From positions 1 through 61,597 of the forward strand of contig CAYVEL010000002.1 of NCBI GenBank assembly GCA_964450345.1: a stretch of DNA of 61,597 nucleotides, written 5' to 3'. Position 1 is the first letter of the stretch, and every line of letters starts with the position of its first letter. Source of the DNA: an uncultured Candidatus Saccharibacteria bacterium (GTDB lineage: Bacteria; Patescibacteriota; Minisyncoccia; Phycocordibacterales; PALSA-1337). This document shows, one piece after another, positions 6,700 to 15,967 of the stretch. Below the pieces are notes generated by a model. It ran no database searches, was not told the origin of the DNA, and saw only the letters and a list, made by a program, of their open reading frames with translations. The position numbers and the translations under genes are program-made.

Positions 6700-8436
6700 A
6701 TGAATATCAAAAAAATACTTAAAAGTAGAGAGGTCCTATATGCAATATTTTTCTTATGCATATTTACCCTATCTTTCTTAACTATTGTCTCTAACTTTAA
6801 AGACGCTATAGTCGATCGCAATTTCCATAACTACGATGAAATTAACAATGGCACCGTAACGTCTAACCTTACAAGACAGATATTCCCTCCGATGATAAGA
6901 ATAAATCCTCTAGCAGAGAAACAGGGTTCTTGGCAGGAAGGACCATATTGGCAACACATTCCACCACTTTACATGTATGCACCTCTTCCCTTTATAAGCT
7001 TACTAAATGATGGAGTTCCTAATCCCGCAGTAATAAGAATAGCCTATATAACAATACTATTTTTAAGCTTTGTTCTATTTATACTATCAATATTCTATAT
7101 AGAAAGAAGCCTTCTCTCTATTTTTACAGCGACTGTTTCAGCCATAATACTAATATCGACTGAGTTCACTCAGCAATTAATGCTGGGATATCTTTTTAAT
7201 AACTCTGACATAGTCCTATTCGCCAGTATAATGCTCAGTTTCTTATCTATAAATCTATATCTAAAAGAAACTAAAGAAAAAAGATTAAATTATTCTACAA
7301 AAAAAATAATATTACTCTCACTATTAGTTACACTACCGATCGTAGTTAAAACAGTTTTAGGTGCTATCCCCCTCGCGATATTCCTAATATTAATCCTTAA
7401 TGACCATAGAACTTTTAAGAATCGTAAATTTATTTATGCGATCATAACTTCATTTATATTACTAGTTAGTGCTTACTTGCCACTATACATAAGCTCACCA
7501 GATACCTTTATAAATGAGATACTTACACCACTAAACCATGTTACTGGATATAATGAGCGCCCTGCAAAGCCGTGGTATTCATATTTAACAAATATAATCC
7601 CTGACAAATATTTAGGAAGTCTAACAATACCTTTTTATGCAGGCTTTATACTATGTTCATTCTTTATTTATAGAATAAATATTCCAAGAAAAACCAAGAA
7701 TTTATTAATAATATCTAATATCTGGTTCATCTGGAATCTAATAGCGATATCAGCAACCACAATTAAAATTCCTAATTTCATTTTCCAATCTTTTATACTC
7801 TCAGTATTCTTTGTGATATATAGCATTCTCTGTATTGTAAAAATCTACTTTGATTATTCTAAAGAACAAAATACTTCATTAATTCACAAAATAAACGATC
7901 TATTTAACAGCTTTATAAATTCCTCAGCATTTAGAACAGCTGTCATCGGAGTTTTTGTTATAACAATACTATTTTTCACCACTACAAGTAGAAATATACT
8001 AGCAAGCATTAATGATCCTATCGTAATAGATTCTATGAGTAGTCGTTACAGACAGTTCGCTGAATCATTGAGAGACAAGGGTATATCGTCTAAAGATTTA
8101 GTACTATTGTACGCAACAGATGTTGATTGTAATCACTTAAAACTCGGCATAATATTCAATACAGGAGCAGAATCAGAAAGTTTTAGTAAACTAAAGTATA
8201 TTCCGAATTTATCTAATGAATATCTAAAATCCAAATATAAAAATGTTTATTTGGTTATTAAAAACGAGAAAAATAAAAAAGAATTGAATATCCCCCACTC
8301 TTCCGAAGAAATGGGTATATTTGAATTACTAAAAATTGATAATAAAAATATATCAGAGACTTTCGTCTCTGATATAAATAGTTATATTAATAAATTAGAT
8401 TACACTATAGAACCCTGCAGTTTAATACAGATTTAA
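6700..8436 (+). CDS. polytopic GT-C-type glycosyltransferase-like membrane protein (ArnT/PMT-like)
   Basis: 578 aa with at least 10 hydrophobic helices. The first loop has a YDE motif and WQHIPPLYMY (an HPPL-like signature of GT39/GT83 enzymes). A soluble C-terminal domain follows. Confidence 0.5.
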   Translation: MNIKKILKSREVLYAIFFLCIFTLSFLTIVSNFKDAIVDRNFHNYDEINNGTVTSNLTRQIFPPMIRINPLAEKQGSWQEGPYWQHIPPLYMYAPLPFISLLNDGVPNPAVIRIAYITILFLSFVLFILSIFYIERSLLSIFTATVSAIILISTEFTQQLMLGYLFNNSDIVLFASIMLSFLSINLYLKETKEKRLNYSTKKIILLSLLVTLPIVVKTVLGAIPLAIFLILILNDHRTFKNRKFIYAIITSFILLVSAYLPLYISSPDTFINEILTPLNHVTGYNERPAKPWYSYLTNIIPDKYLGSLTIPFYAGFILCSFFIYRINIPRKTKNLLIISNIWFIWNLIAISATTIKIPNFIFQSFILSVFFVIYSILCIVKIYFDYSKEQNTSLIHKINDLFNSFINSSAFRTAVIGVFVITILFFTTTSRNILASINDPIVIDSMSSRYRQFAESLRDKGISSKDLVLLYATDVDCNHLKLGIIFNTGAESESFSKLKYIPNLSNEYLKSKYKNVYLVIKNEKNKKELNIPHSSEEMGIFELLKIDNKNISETFVSDINSYINKLDYTIEPCSLIQI

Positions 8437-8446
8437 AATTTCCAAA

Positions 8447-9076
8447 TTAAGAACTTGATGATCCAGATGAACCGCCGTTAACAGCTCCTGGTGATGTTGT
8501 GGTATTTATAAGTGAATTTGCTGACTGACCCACCCATGTAGTTACGCTACCAGATTTTTGCTTATACCAAACCCAAGAATTAGCTTCGGGACAAGGATTA
8601 GTAGCAACTGTACATTGATAGACCACTGGTTCTGTTAATTTTGTAAAACTAGACATACCCGGAACAGTATAGGATGCAGCCTCTGCTTTATCTGTGGATA
8701 TAATTTTAGCTAAAGGAGATGAGGAATTGGCTTCTATTAATGCAAGATTTTTATTAATTTCATCATTCAAAACAAAGTAATTGGAAATTACGGTAACATT
8801 ATCTAATGGACTAATACATGTTGTAGCACCTATACAATAAAGAGAACCTGCCACACCCAATGGATTTGGATAACCACGATTGGAATCGTAATACATCTGC
8901 AAACCAATTTTAATCTGTCTTACTTCAGATAAAATCTTAGAGTTTTGCGCTTTAGTTTTAGCAGATTGAACCCCCACCATAACCACGCTAGATAGTAGGC
9001 CTATAATAGATATAACCACTAGTAGCTCTACTAGAGTGAAACCTGATTTTTTATCTTTTTTGAAAGTTTTTCTCAT
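8447..9076 (-). CDS. type IV pilin-like protein
   Basis: 209 aa. Prepilin signal KKDKKSG|FTLVELLVVISIIGLL (G-1, F+1, E+5). C-terminus is a Ser/Gly tail GGSSGSSSS. Confidence 0.8.
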   Translation of the reverse strand: MRKTFKKDKKSGFTLVELLVVISIIGLLSSVVMVGVQSAKTKAQNSKILSEVRQIKIGLQMYYDSNRGYPNPLGVAGSLYCIGATTCISPLDNVTVISNYFVLNDEINKNLALIEANSSSPLAKIISTDKAEAASYTVPGMSSFTKLTEPVVYQCTVATNPCPEANSWVWYKQKSGSVTTWVGQSANSLINTTTSPGAVNGGSSGSSSS

Positions 9077-9077
9077 A

Positions 9078-9389
9078 TTATTCTTGTTCTTCTATTACCG
9101 ACTGATTATTAGCCTCATTGATCAATATTTGTTCCTGTAATGCTGGAGGAATAGAATACTTAACAGTCTCAGGATTACCCACTCCCATAACATAATACGA
9201 TACGAGAAATATTGATATTAATATTCCAACTACCGCTATTGATATTAAGAAATAATAGGATTGTCTCTCGTCTTTTGCTATACCAGACTTAACTAGAAAT
9301 TTAGCCATTCCTGGTACCACTGCCTCACCTATTATTCTTCTAGATGTTAGGAAGTTAGTGTCTTCCTCAAATTCTATTTGGTTACTCAT
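9078..9389 (-). CDS. hypothetical single-pass membrane protein
   Basis: 103 aa with a central TM helix (YYFLISIAVVGILISIFLVSYYV). It ends 1 nt before the pilin start, so it is probably co-transcribed. Confidence 0.4.
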   Translation of the reverse strand: MSNQIEFEEDTNFLTSRRIIGEAVVPGMAKFLVKSGIAKDERQSYYFLISIAVVGILISIFLVSYYVMGVGNPETVKYSIPPALQEQILINEANNQSVIEEQE

Positions 9390-9427
9390 TTGAGTTTAAT
9401 TATAACTTTTGTTTATTAAATTAACAA

Positions 9428-10036
9428 TTATTCCAAAATACCGTCCAGGTTAACATCGTAAAGAATCTCTTCAGAGATGTGTCTGTACTTAATTATTTCA
9501 TCCTTTTTAAACCAAATTGGTATTTCTTTTTCTGCTTCTGATGTATTTCCTGAGGCATGTACTATATTTCTAGTACTACGACTATCTATGTCTGACATCT
9601 GATATGAATCCAAAACAAAATCACCTCTGATAGTACCAACATCAGAAGTTAATGGTTCTGTACCACCTGTAATTTTCCTAACAATAGATACTGAATGCGC
9701 ACCTTCCCAAACCATGGCCACCACTGGACCACTAGTAAGATATGCTTTTAGTCTTTTTAAAACATTCCTTCCAATAACCATCGGATCATCTGATACAGGC
9801 TTTAAACCTTTATCTAAATAATTCTTAATAGATTTCTCACCTACCTTCTTCATCCACTCTGGATCAATTGTGTAATGCTGTTCTACTAGTTCATCTGTAG
9901 GAATTAAAAATTTAATAGCGATAAGTTTTAAACCAACACGCTCATATCTCTTGATTACTTCCCCTATCAGACTTCTCTGTACTCCATCTGGTTTTATAAC
10001 TACTAGCGTCTGTTCTTCTTTGGGGTGTTTAATCAT
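9428..10036 (-). CDS. ndk: nucleoside diphosphate kinase (long form)
   Basis: TLVVIKPDGVQRSLIGEVIKRYERVGLKLIA ... NIVHASG (catalytic His context). The start is taken at the ATG at 10036 (M16 of the track ORF) to avoid overlap with the upstream ORF. Confidence 0.8.
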   Translation of the reverse strand: MIKHPKEEQTLVVIKPDGVQRSLIGEVIKRYERVGLKLIAIKFLIPTDELVEQHYTIDPEWMKKVGEKSIKNYLDKGLKPVSDDPMVIGRNVLKRLKAYLTSGPVVAMVWEGAHSVSIVRKITGGTEPLTSDVGTIRGDFVLDSYQMSDIDSRSTRNIVHASGNTSEAEKEIPIWFKKDEIIKYRHISEEILYDVNLDGILE

Positions 10037-10058
10037 TTGTTTTTTATTTTTTAATTTT

Positions 10059-10343
10059 TTATTGTAGAGCTTTTCTAACATTCACAATCTTTTCTTCATC
10101 ATCCACCACATTCTCCATACCTATAATTTTCTCAATATCTTTATTAATAGCTTTTATTCTATCTAAATATCCTTTATTAACTGTATTTAATAGTTCCATG
10201 TATGCAGAAGCTAGTCCTACTAGTGCGGCACCTTTATCAGAGTCAGTTAGATTTTCAGCTAAGATTTCTTTTATAAGCTTTCCCGCTTCTTCGTAATTAC
10301 CATTACTTAACTCTGTCTCTATTTTTTTAATATCTACAGCCAT
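10059..10343 (-). CDS. hypothetical helical protein
   Basis: 94-aa ORF, tightly packed (1-nt gap) after the ORF 10345-11568. No family recognised. Confidence 0.4.
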   Translation of the reverse strand: MAVDIKKIETELSNGNYEEAGKLIKEILAENLTDSDKGAALVGLASAYMELLNTVNKGYLDRIKAINKDIEKIIGMENVVDDEEKIVNVRKALQ

Positions 10344-10344
10344 T

Positions 10345-11568
10345 TTATTTATTTATTTTTCTAATTAATGAACTGATTAATATTTTCTCAGATATATCCT
10401 CTTCTGTGTTACCAAAACTAGCTATCGCCTGTTCTAGTATATTTGTAATCTTTGACTTAACCTCATCCTTAGAAAAAGAACCGAGCTGTTCACCCTTAAG
10501 CAAATCACTAAAACACTTCTCAAGCTTTGAAAATTGACCATCTTCATTTAATTTAATTCCCATGATGGCTTTATTCATAGCTTCAACAACGGCATTATCA
10601 ACACTTGTATTAATACTCTTCTCAAATTCCTCAACACTAGCATCATCAGTAAATAGTTCACCCCACTTACCAGAATTATTCACTTCTTTAAATTTATTTA
10701 GTTTTTCTGAGGCTTCTACAGTTCTACGTACAAGGTTACCAGCATTATTACCTGGAGCATTAGAATCAATAAGTGTATTAATAGAAGCTCTAATCTTAGT
10801 TACAAGTACAGTATTCATACCCATTTCCTCTATTATTTTTCCAGTTAAACCAACCCTAATACCATCTAAAGCAGCCTTAGATTCAGCTATTAATCTCTCT
10901 TGTTCTTCAATTTTTCCAGGTATTTTCTTAAAGTTCTCTATCTGTTCATTTATTAAATCTAATTGCTTCTTAATATCTTCAGGTTTGAAATCACGACCAT
11001 GAAGCTTTATCATCTCCCACTTTGCATCTTCAATATCTTTCTTTTCTTTGGTTTTTCCTGAAAAGAAAGTACCTATAAATCCCGGAGTTTCCATAGAAGC
11101 GAGAGCGTACTTCTCTCTTCTTGCTTCCATGTAAGCAATTTTTTCATTCGCTTTCTCACCTGAAGCTTTCAGTTTAGCGAATTCTGCTTCAGCTTTAGCA
11201 ATCTGTTCTGGTAATTCTTTAAAAGTCTTTATTTGTTCCGCCAACTCTAAAACTCTTTCTGGAGATTCCATTGATAAATCAGTAACATATTTCTCTATAT
11301 TACTAAGATCTTTGTCGCTAAGTTTAAAACCAAAATCTTTAGAGACTTCCTCCTTTATTATGGTTCTAATTCCTTCTACTACCCTTTTATTCTCTTTAAA
11401 TACTTTAAATTTTAATTCAAGTTCAGAATCTTCCATTTCAACAGGATCTGTATCACCCTTAAAATTAGTTAGAAACTTTAAAAAACCTCTATCATCTAAA
11501 GCTTTCGATCTATCAAAAGCATCTGTTTTACCACCTTCGACTTTTTGATCTTTAATTTCTTCAGCCAT
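10345..11568 (-). CDS. hypothetical coiled-coil protein
   Basis: 407 aa, Glu/Lys-rich with heptad-like stretches. It occupies the slot after map where infA-rpmJ-rpsM usually follow. Confidence 0.5.
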   Translation of the reverse strand: MAEEIKDQKVEGGKTDAFDRSKALDDRGFLKFLTNFKGDTDPVEMEDSELELKFKVFKENKRVVEGIRTIIKEEVSKDFGFKLSDKDLSNIEKYVTDLSMESPERVLELAEQIKTFKELPEQIAKAEAEFAKLKASGEKANEKIAYMEARREKYALASMETPGFIGTFFSGKTKEKKDIEDAKWEMIKLHGRDFKPEDIKKQLDLINEQIENFKKIPGKIEEQERLIAESKAALDGIRVGLTGKIIEEMGMNTVLVTKIRASINTLIDSNAPGNNAGNLVRRTVEASEKLNKFKEVNNSGKWGELFTDDASVEEFEKSINTSVDNAVVEAMNKAIMGIKLNEDGQFSKLEKCFSDLLKGEQLGSFSKDEVKSKITNILEQAIASFGNTEEDISEKILISSLIRKINK

Positions 11569-11607
11569 TTTTATTTATATTAATTTATGAAAAATAAATT
11601 ATTTTTC

Positions 11608-12378
11608 TTATAATTTAGTTAGGATTTCTGCGTCTCCTTTAGTAATAAGTATAGTATGCTCAAAGTGTGCTGACAAACTACCGTCTGAAGTTCTATAAGC
11701 ATATCCGTCCCCATCTAAATATATCTCCTTACCACCAAGATTAAACATAGGTTCTACTGCAATAGTCATACCTGGTTTTAAAGCTACACCAAGGCCTGGG
11801 TCGCCATAATTAGGAACAAATGGATCCTCATGAACCTTGCGACCCACACCGTGTCCAGATAATTCTTCTACAATACCTAGACGATTTGCGAGTCCTATTT
11901 TCTCTATAGCACAACCGATATCTCCAGTCTTCTTACCTCCTTTAGCAGCTTTAATACCGACATATAATGCTTCTTCGGTAACTGCGAGTAATTTCTTAAC
12001 CTCCTTACTAACCTCTCCAACAGGAACTGTGTATGCCATATCAGTAATCATTCCTTTATGTTCTAGACAAAAATCTAATCCGACAATATCACCTTCTTTT
12101 AAAGTAATTTCATGTTCATTCGGAATTCCATGGACCACAACATCATTAACAGACATACATAGTGCTGCTGGATATGGCCTTCTAGCTCCTCTAGGTTTAT
12201 AGTTTAAAAGTGGAGCTTTATCACCTCTTTCCTCTATCAGTTCTCTGAGTCTCTTCTCTAAGAAAAAAGATGTAACACCAGGCTTAACCTCAGACTTAAG
12301 AAGCTCCATAACCTCTGCGTGCCTTCTGCCACATTCACGCATTATCTCTATTTCTTCTTTTGTCTTTATTATAATCAT
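11608..12378 (-). CDS. map: methionine aminopeptidase type I
   Basis: 256 aa. VVHGIP, DFCLEHKGMITDM, GHGVGRKVHEDP and TIAVEPM metal-ligand motifs. secY-adk-map synteny. Confidence 0.95.
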   Translation of the reverse strand: MIIIKTKEEIEIMRECGRRHAEVMELLKSEVKPGVTSFFLEKRLRELIEERGDKAPLLNYKPRGARRPYPAALCMSVNDVVVHGIPNEHEITLKEGDIVGLDFCLEHKGMITDMAYTVPVGEVSKEVKKLLAVTEEALYVGIKAAKGGKKTGDIGCAIEKIGLANRLGIVEELSGHGVGRKVHEDPFVPNYGDPGLGVALKPGMTIAVEPMFNLGGKEIYLDGDGYAYRTSDGSLSAHFEHTILITKGDAEILTKL

Positions 12379-12380
12379 TT

Positions 12381-12974
12381 TTATATCTTTAGTTTTTCTA
12401 TGATTTCCTTATGGATTTCATTGGTATTTCTCTCACCATTAATCTCTATAAAGGTATAATCACTATTATTTCTATAGAAGTCAATAGTCTTCATTACTTC
12501 CTCACCGAACCAAGATAACCTACGCTTAATGTCAGCTGTATTATCATCCATTCTTCCTCTCTCAAGCAATCTAGAAGTAGCCCATGTATCACTAACATTT
12601 AAGAAAATAACCACAGGTCTTTTCATTCCAAAAAATGGGAACATTGAATCTAATACCTTTGCTTCATGAGATAATCTCGGAGAACCATCTATTAACATAT
12701 GATCTTTACCGTTATAGTTCTCAGCGATTAGATTAGTCCACATTAAAATAGACAGAAATTCTGGTTCTAATCCTCCCACATCATAAACCTGCTTTGATAA
12801 CTTCTTAGTATAAGAATCACCATTAATAAATCTGCGAAATTCTGCCCCACTCTGAACATAAAATACCCCCATATCTGGAGTCTTTGTTTTTAAATATTGC
12901 GTTAATAGCTCTGACTGAGTACCCTTACCACAGCCTGATTTACCTATTAATATAAAAGATAATCTTTCATTCAT
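12381..12974 (-). CDS. adk: adenylate kinase
   Basis: P-loop FILIGKSGCGKGTQ, LIDGSPRL, RGRMDDN. The start is set at the ATG at 12974 (M37 of the track ORF) because the longer ORF runs through hairpin copy 2. Confidence 0.85.
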   Translation of the reverse strand: MNERLSFILIGKSGCGKGTQSELLTQYLKTKTPDMGVFYVQSGAEFRRFINGDSYTKKLSKQVYDVGGLEPEFLSILMWTNLIAENYNGKDHMLIDGSPRLSHEAKVLDSMFPFFGMKRPVVIFLNVSDTWATSRLLERGRMDDNTADIKRRLSWFGEEVMKTIDFYRNNSDYTFIEINGERNTNEIHKEIIEKLKI

Positions 12975-12997
12975 GGGTGAATTATAACAAAAAACAG

Positions 12998-13058
12998 AAA
13001 ACATTGCCCCGTTTTTTCGAGACGATTGTAAGTCTCTGAAAAAACGGGGCAATGTTTT
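12998..13058 (-). repeat. two-tier hairpin, family copy 2 (core inverted; 19-mer complement at 13019-13037)
   Basis: 20-bp basal stem AAAACATTGCCCCGTTTTTT / AAAAAACGGGGCAATGTTTT around GAGACGATTGTAAGTCTCT, which is the reverse complement of the family core. Confidence 0.8.
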
Positions 13059-13092
13059 CTTATTTTGTAAATTCATTAGCAAAAAGGGAAAA

Positions 13093-13148
13093 TTAAAACC
13101 CCTCTTTTCGAGAGACTTACAATCGTCTCAAGAAAAGAGGGGTTTTAA
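13093..13148 (+). repeat. two-tier hairpin, family copy 3 (19-mer at 13111-13129)
   Basis: 16-bp basal stem TTAAAACCCCTCTTTT / AAAAGAGGGGTTTTAA around CGAGAGACTTACAATCGTCTCAAG. It lies 34 nt from copy 2, in the secY-adk spacer. Confidence 0.8.
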
Positions 13149-13157
13149 TTTTTCTGT

Positions 13158-14435
13158 TTAATATTCTCTCATTGAAACCTGAGCATCAATCTTTTTAACA
13201 AGATCAAGTACTACAGATACCACGATGAGTAATGATGTTCCACCAATAGCGAATGTACTATCTCCTGTATATCCTTTGAAGATAAGAGGAAGAATAGCTA
13301 CAGCACCTAGGAATAGAGCACCTACTAGAGTAATTCTAGTTACTATTTTTTCGAAGAATACCATGGTCTGTTCGCCAGGACGAATACCTGAAACGAAAGC
13401 ACCATTTTTCTGAAGATTCTCAGACATGTTCTTTGGATCGAAAGTAATAGCTGTATAGAAGTAAGTAAATAGTACTACTAGTACGAAATATATTACTCCA
13501 TATACCCACTGATTACTGAACCATGACATACCTGTTGAAGCTATGTCAGCAACTGATGCATTAGAACTTCTTGAAAGGAAAGATAAAATCATTTGTGGGA
13601 ACAATAGAATTGAGAGCGCAAAAATAATTGGTATTACTCCCGCCTGATTTAGTCTTAGAGGAATGTATGTTTGTACACCTCCGATAACTCTTTCTCCCCT
13701 AACCTGTCTTGAGTAAGTCACAGGAACAGATCTCTCTGCTTCTGTTACAAGAACCACGAAGAATGTGATAAGAACCGCACCGACAATCATCATAACCAAA
13801 GGAATAATGACTGAAGGATCGTCTACCGCCTTCTGTATTTCTTGAATCATCTTTGTAGGAAGATTGGCTACTATACCAGCGAAGATTATAAGTGAAGTAC
13901 CGTTTCCAATACCGAACTCAGTAATCAATTCACCGATCCACATAAGTAGAATAGAACCTCCTGTAATGATTAGGACATTAGTAATTAAAGACAATCCGTC
14001 CAAACTACCAATAACCTGCTGTGACTGAAGAAGCTTGATAAAGCCGAAAGACTGAATCATAGCTAGTGGGACGGTAAGCATTCTAGAATACTGAGAAAGC
14101 TTAGCTCTACCTGCCTCACCATCTTCCTGATAGGAAACTTTTAATGAAGGTATTATCATCATTAAAACCTGAATGATAATCGATGCTGTAATATATGGAC
14201 CAACACCGAGCATCACAATGGATAGGTTAGCCAAACCACCACCTGAGAGAATATTGAAGAGACCTAGGAATTGATTTCCTTCAAAAAGTCTATCTAGAGC
14301 GAACGAATCCACTCCTGGAATAGGAATTGCTGCTAGCAATCTGAAGACTGCGAGACCAATTACTACAAACAGAACTCTTTTCATAATAGCCTTATCTTTC
14401 AAAGCCATTAGAAGTCTGCTGAAAATATTACTCAT
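13158..14435 (-). CDS. secY: preprotein translocase subunit SecY
   Basis: 425 aa with 10 TM helices. Motifs: IPIPGVD, LGVGPYITASII and GGTSLLIVV. Position after rplO. Confidence 0.95.
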   Translation of the reverse strand: MSNIFSRLLMALKDKAIMKRVLFVVIGLAVFRLLAAIPIPGVDSFALDRLFEGNQFLGLFNILSGGGLANLSIVMLGVGPYITASIIIQVLMMIIPSLKVSYQEDGEAGRAKLSQYSRMLTVPLAMIQSFGFIKLLQSQQVIGSLDGLSLITNVLIITGGSILLMWIGELITEFGIGNGTSLIIFAGIVANLPTKMIQEIQKAVDDPSVIIPLVMMIVGAVLITFFVVLVTEAERSVPVTYSRQVRGERVIGGVQTYIPLRLNQAGVIPIIFALSILLFPQMILSFLSRSSNASVADIASTGMSWFSNQWVYGVIYFVLVVLFTYFYTAITFDPKNMSENLQKNGAFVSGIRPGEQTMVFFEKIVTRITLVGALFLGAVAILPLIFKGYTGDSTFAIGGTSLLIVVSVVLDLVKKIDAQVSMREY

Positions 14436-14443
14436 ATTATTTG

Positions 14444-14884
14444 CTACTTAGTAGCGATTACCTTACCACCTGCTTTTTCGATCTTTGTTTTAGCCTCGGC
14501 TGAAAGCTTACAATTCTCGATGTTTAGAGCTTTAGTGATATCACCTGAGCCTAGTATCTTAACGATTGGAGTCTTTCCTGAAGTAGTAGTGATAAAGCCC
14601 TTCTCTAGAAGAACCTTAGGACTTACTGTTTCGCCTTTATTGAAAGCGATTTCAAGAGTAGCTACGTTAATTACAACGTTGTCAGGAATGAATGACTTAA
14701 AGGCATAACCACGAAGCTTTGGAAGCTTCTTAATAATGTCTCTAACCTCTGGTCTCTTCTTGTGTCCGGCACGAGCATTCTGACCCTTTGTACCACGGCC
14801 TGAAGTCTTTCCGCGCTTTCCACCACGACCTACGAGCATTACTGGCTTGTTCTTTGTTCTTCTTTTTAATTGATGAAGCTGCAT
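14444..14884 (-). CDS. rplO: 50S ribosomal protein L15
   Basis: 146 aa: VGRGGKRGKTSGRGTKGQNARAG. It starts 4 nt after the rpsE stop. Confidence 0.9.
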   Translation of the reverse strand: MQLHQLKRRTKNKPVMLVGRGGKRGKTSGRGTKGQNARAGHKKRPEVRDIIKKLPKLRGYAFKSFIPDNVVINVATLEIAFNKGETVSPKVLLEKGFITTTSGKTPIVKILGSGDITKALNIENCKLSAEAKTKIEKAGGKVIATK

Positions 14885-14888
14885 GTTT

Positions 14889-15605
14889 TTACTTTTTAGC
14901 TTCCTTTACTTCAACTTTTGCCTCCTTTGGCTCTTTATTCGCAACGACCTTAGCGACTTTGATAAAGTTTTGTGTTGGAAGTTTCTTTAGAACCAAGATA
15001 GCAGCGCGAGCGATGTTAATCTTGTTCTTACTACCTGATAGAATCTTTGCATTGATATCTTTCAATCCTGCAAGTTCAAGTACATTTCTTACTGCTGAAC
15101 CAGCAATAAGACCTCTACCCTTTGCAGGCTGCATTGTAACTGTAGCGCTACAATACTTTGCTGTTACTTCGTGAGGAATAGACATCTGAGCTGTGTGAGC
15201 AACCTTGATCATATGTTTCTTAGCATCTCTTGTAGCCTTATCAATAGCCATTGAGGTATCGATAGACTTACCTAGACCAAAACCTACTCTACCCTTTCTG
15301 TCTCCTGCTACTACAGCAACTGAGAAAGCTAGTCTTCTACCTCCTGAGGTAACTCTCGTAACTCTTCTCATTAAGATTACCTTAGAATCAAATTCTGGCT
15401 TTACTCTTTCCTTACCATCTCTACCTGGTCTTCTTGATCCACCTTTTCTAGGACCACCCTGACTTCCTCCCTTTCCATCCTTTGAGAATGGTCTTGGTGA
15501 AAATCCTGGCTTGAAGCCTGGCTTTGAAGCAGTAGAAGTAGCTGCACCAGTGTTAGCTGGCTGTGCCTGAACTGCGTCTTTCTTTACTTCTGCGTTATTA
15601 GTCAT
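14889..15605 (-). CDS. rpsE: 30S ribosomal protein S5 with an N-terminal low-complexity extension of about 70 aa
   Basis: The core RRVTRVTSGGRRLAFSVAVVAGDRKGRVGFGLGKS is preceded by a Pro/Gly/Lys/Ser-rich segment. Confidence 0.9.
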   Translation of the reverse strand: MTNNAEVKKDAVQAQPANTGAATSTASKPGFKPGFSPRPFSKDGKGGSQGGPRKGGSRRPGRDGKERVKPEFDSKVILMRRVTRVTSGGRRLAFSVAVVAGDRKGRVGFGLGKSIDTSMAIDKATRDAKKHMIKVAHTAQMSIPHEVTAKYCSATVTMQPAKGRGLIAGSAVRNVLELAGLKDINAKILSGSKNKINIARAAILVLKKLPTQNFIKVAKVVANKEPKEAKVEVKEAKK

Positions 15606-15610
15606 ATTTT

Positions 15611-15958
15611 TTAGAACTTTAGACCAGCTTCGCGAGCAGAATCTGCAAGAAGTTTTACCTTTCCTGCGTATAGATATCCACTTCTGTCGAATACGACTTT
15701 AGAAATGCCTAGATCTTTTGCAATCTTAGCAATTCCTGCACCGACCTCCTTAGCCTGATCTGTCTTCTTCTTAGCCTTTAGGCCTACTGAAGAGAAACTA
15801 GCTAAAGTATTTCTTGCATCGTCGTCTACTAACTGGGCGTAAATAAATTTATTTGATTTGAATATAGTTAAACGTGGTGTTTCCTTTGTTCCGGAAATCT
15901 TAGCACGCACTCTATTCTTTCTTCTTTCGAAGTTTGTGATGTTTACTAGTCTTGACAT
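15611..15958 (-). CDS. rplR: 50S ribosomal protein L18
   Basis: RRKNRVRAKISGTKETPRLTIFKSNKFIYAQLVDD. spc-operon position. Confidence 0.9.
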   Translation of the reverse strand: MSRLVNITNFERRKNRVRAKISGTKETPRLTIFKSNKFIYAQLVDDDARNTLASFSSVGLKAKKKTDQAKEVGAGIAKIAKDLGISKVVFDRSGYLYAGKVKLLADSAREAGLKF

Positions 15959-15967
15959 AGATTTTTA

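Noticed and set aside
12975-13082. The 36-aa N-terminal extension of the adk ORF in the six-frame track (12381-13082).
   Set aside because: The extension is translated straight through hairpin-family copy 2 (12998-13058). The P-loop begins 10 residues after the internal ATG at 12974, so the shorter CDS is the sensible call.
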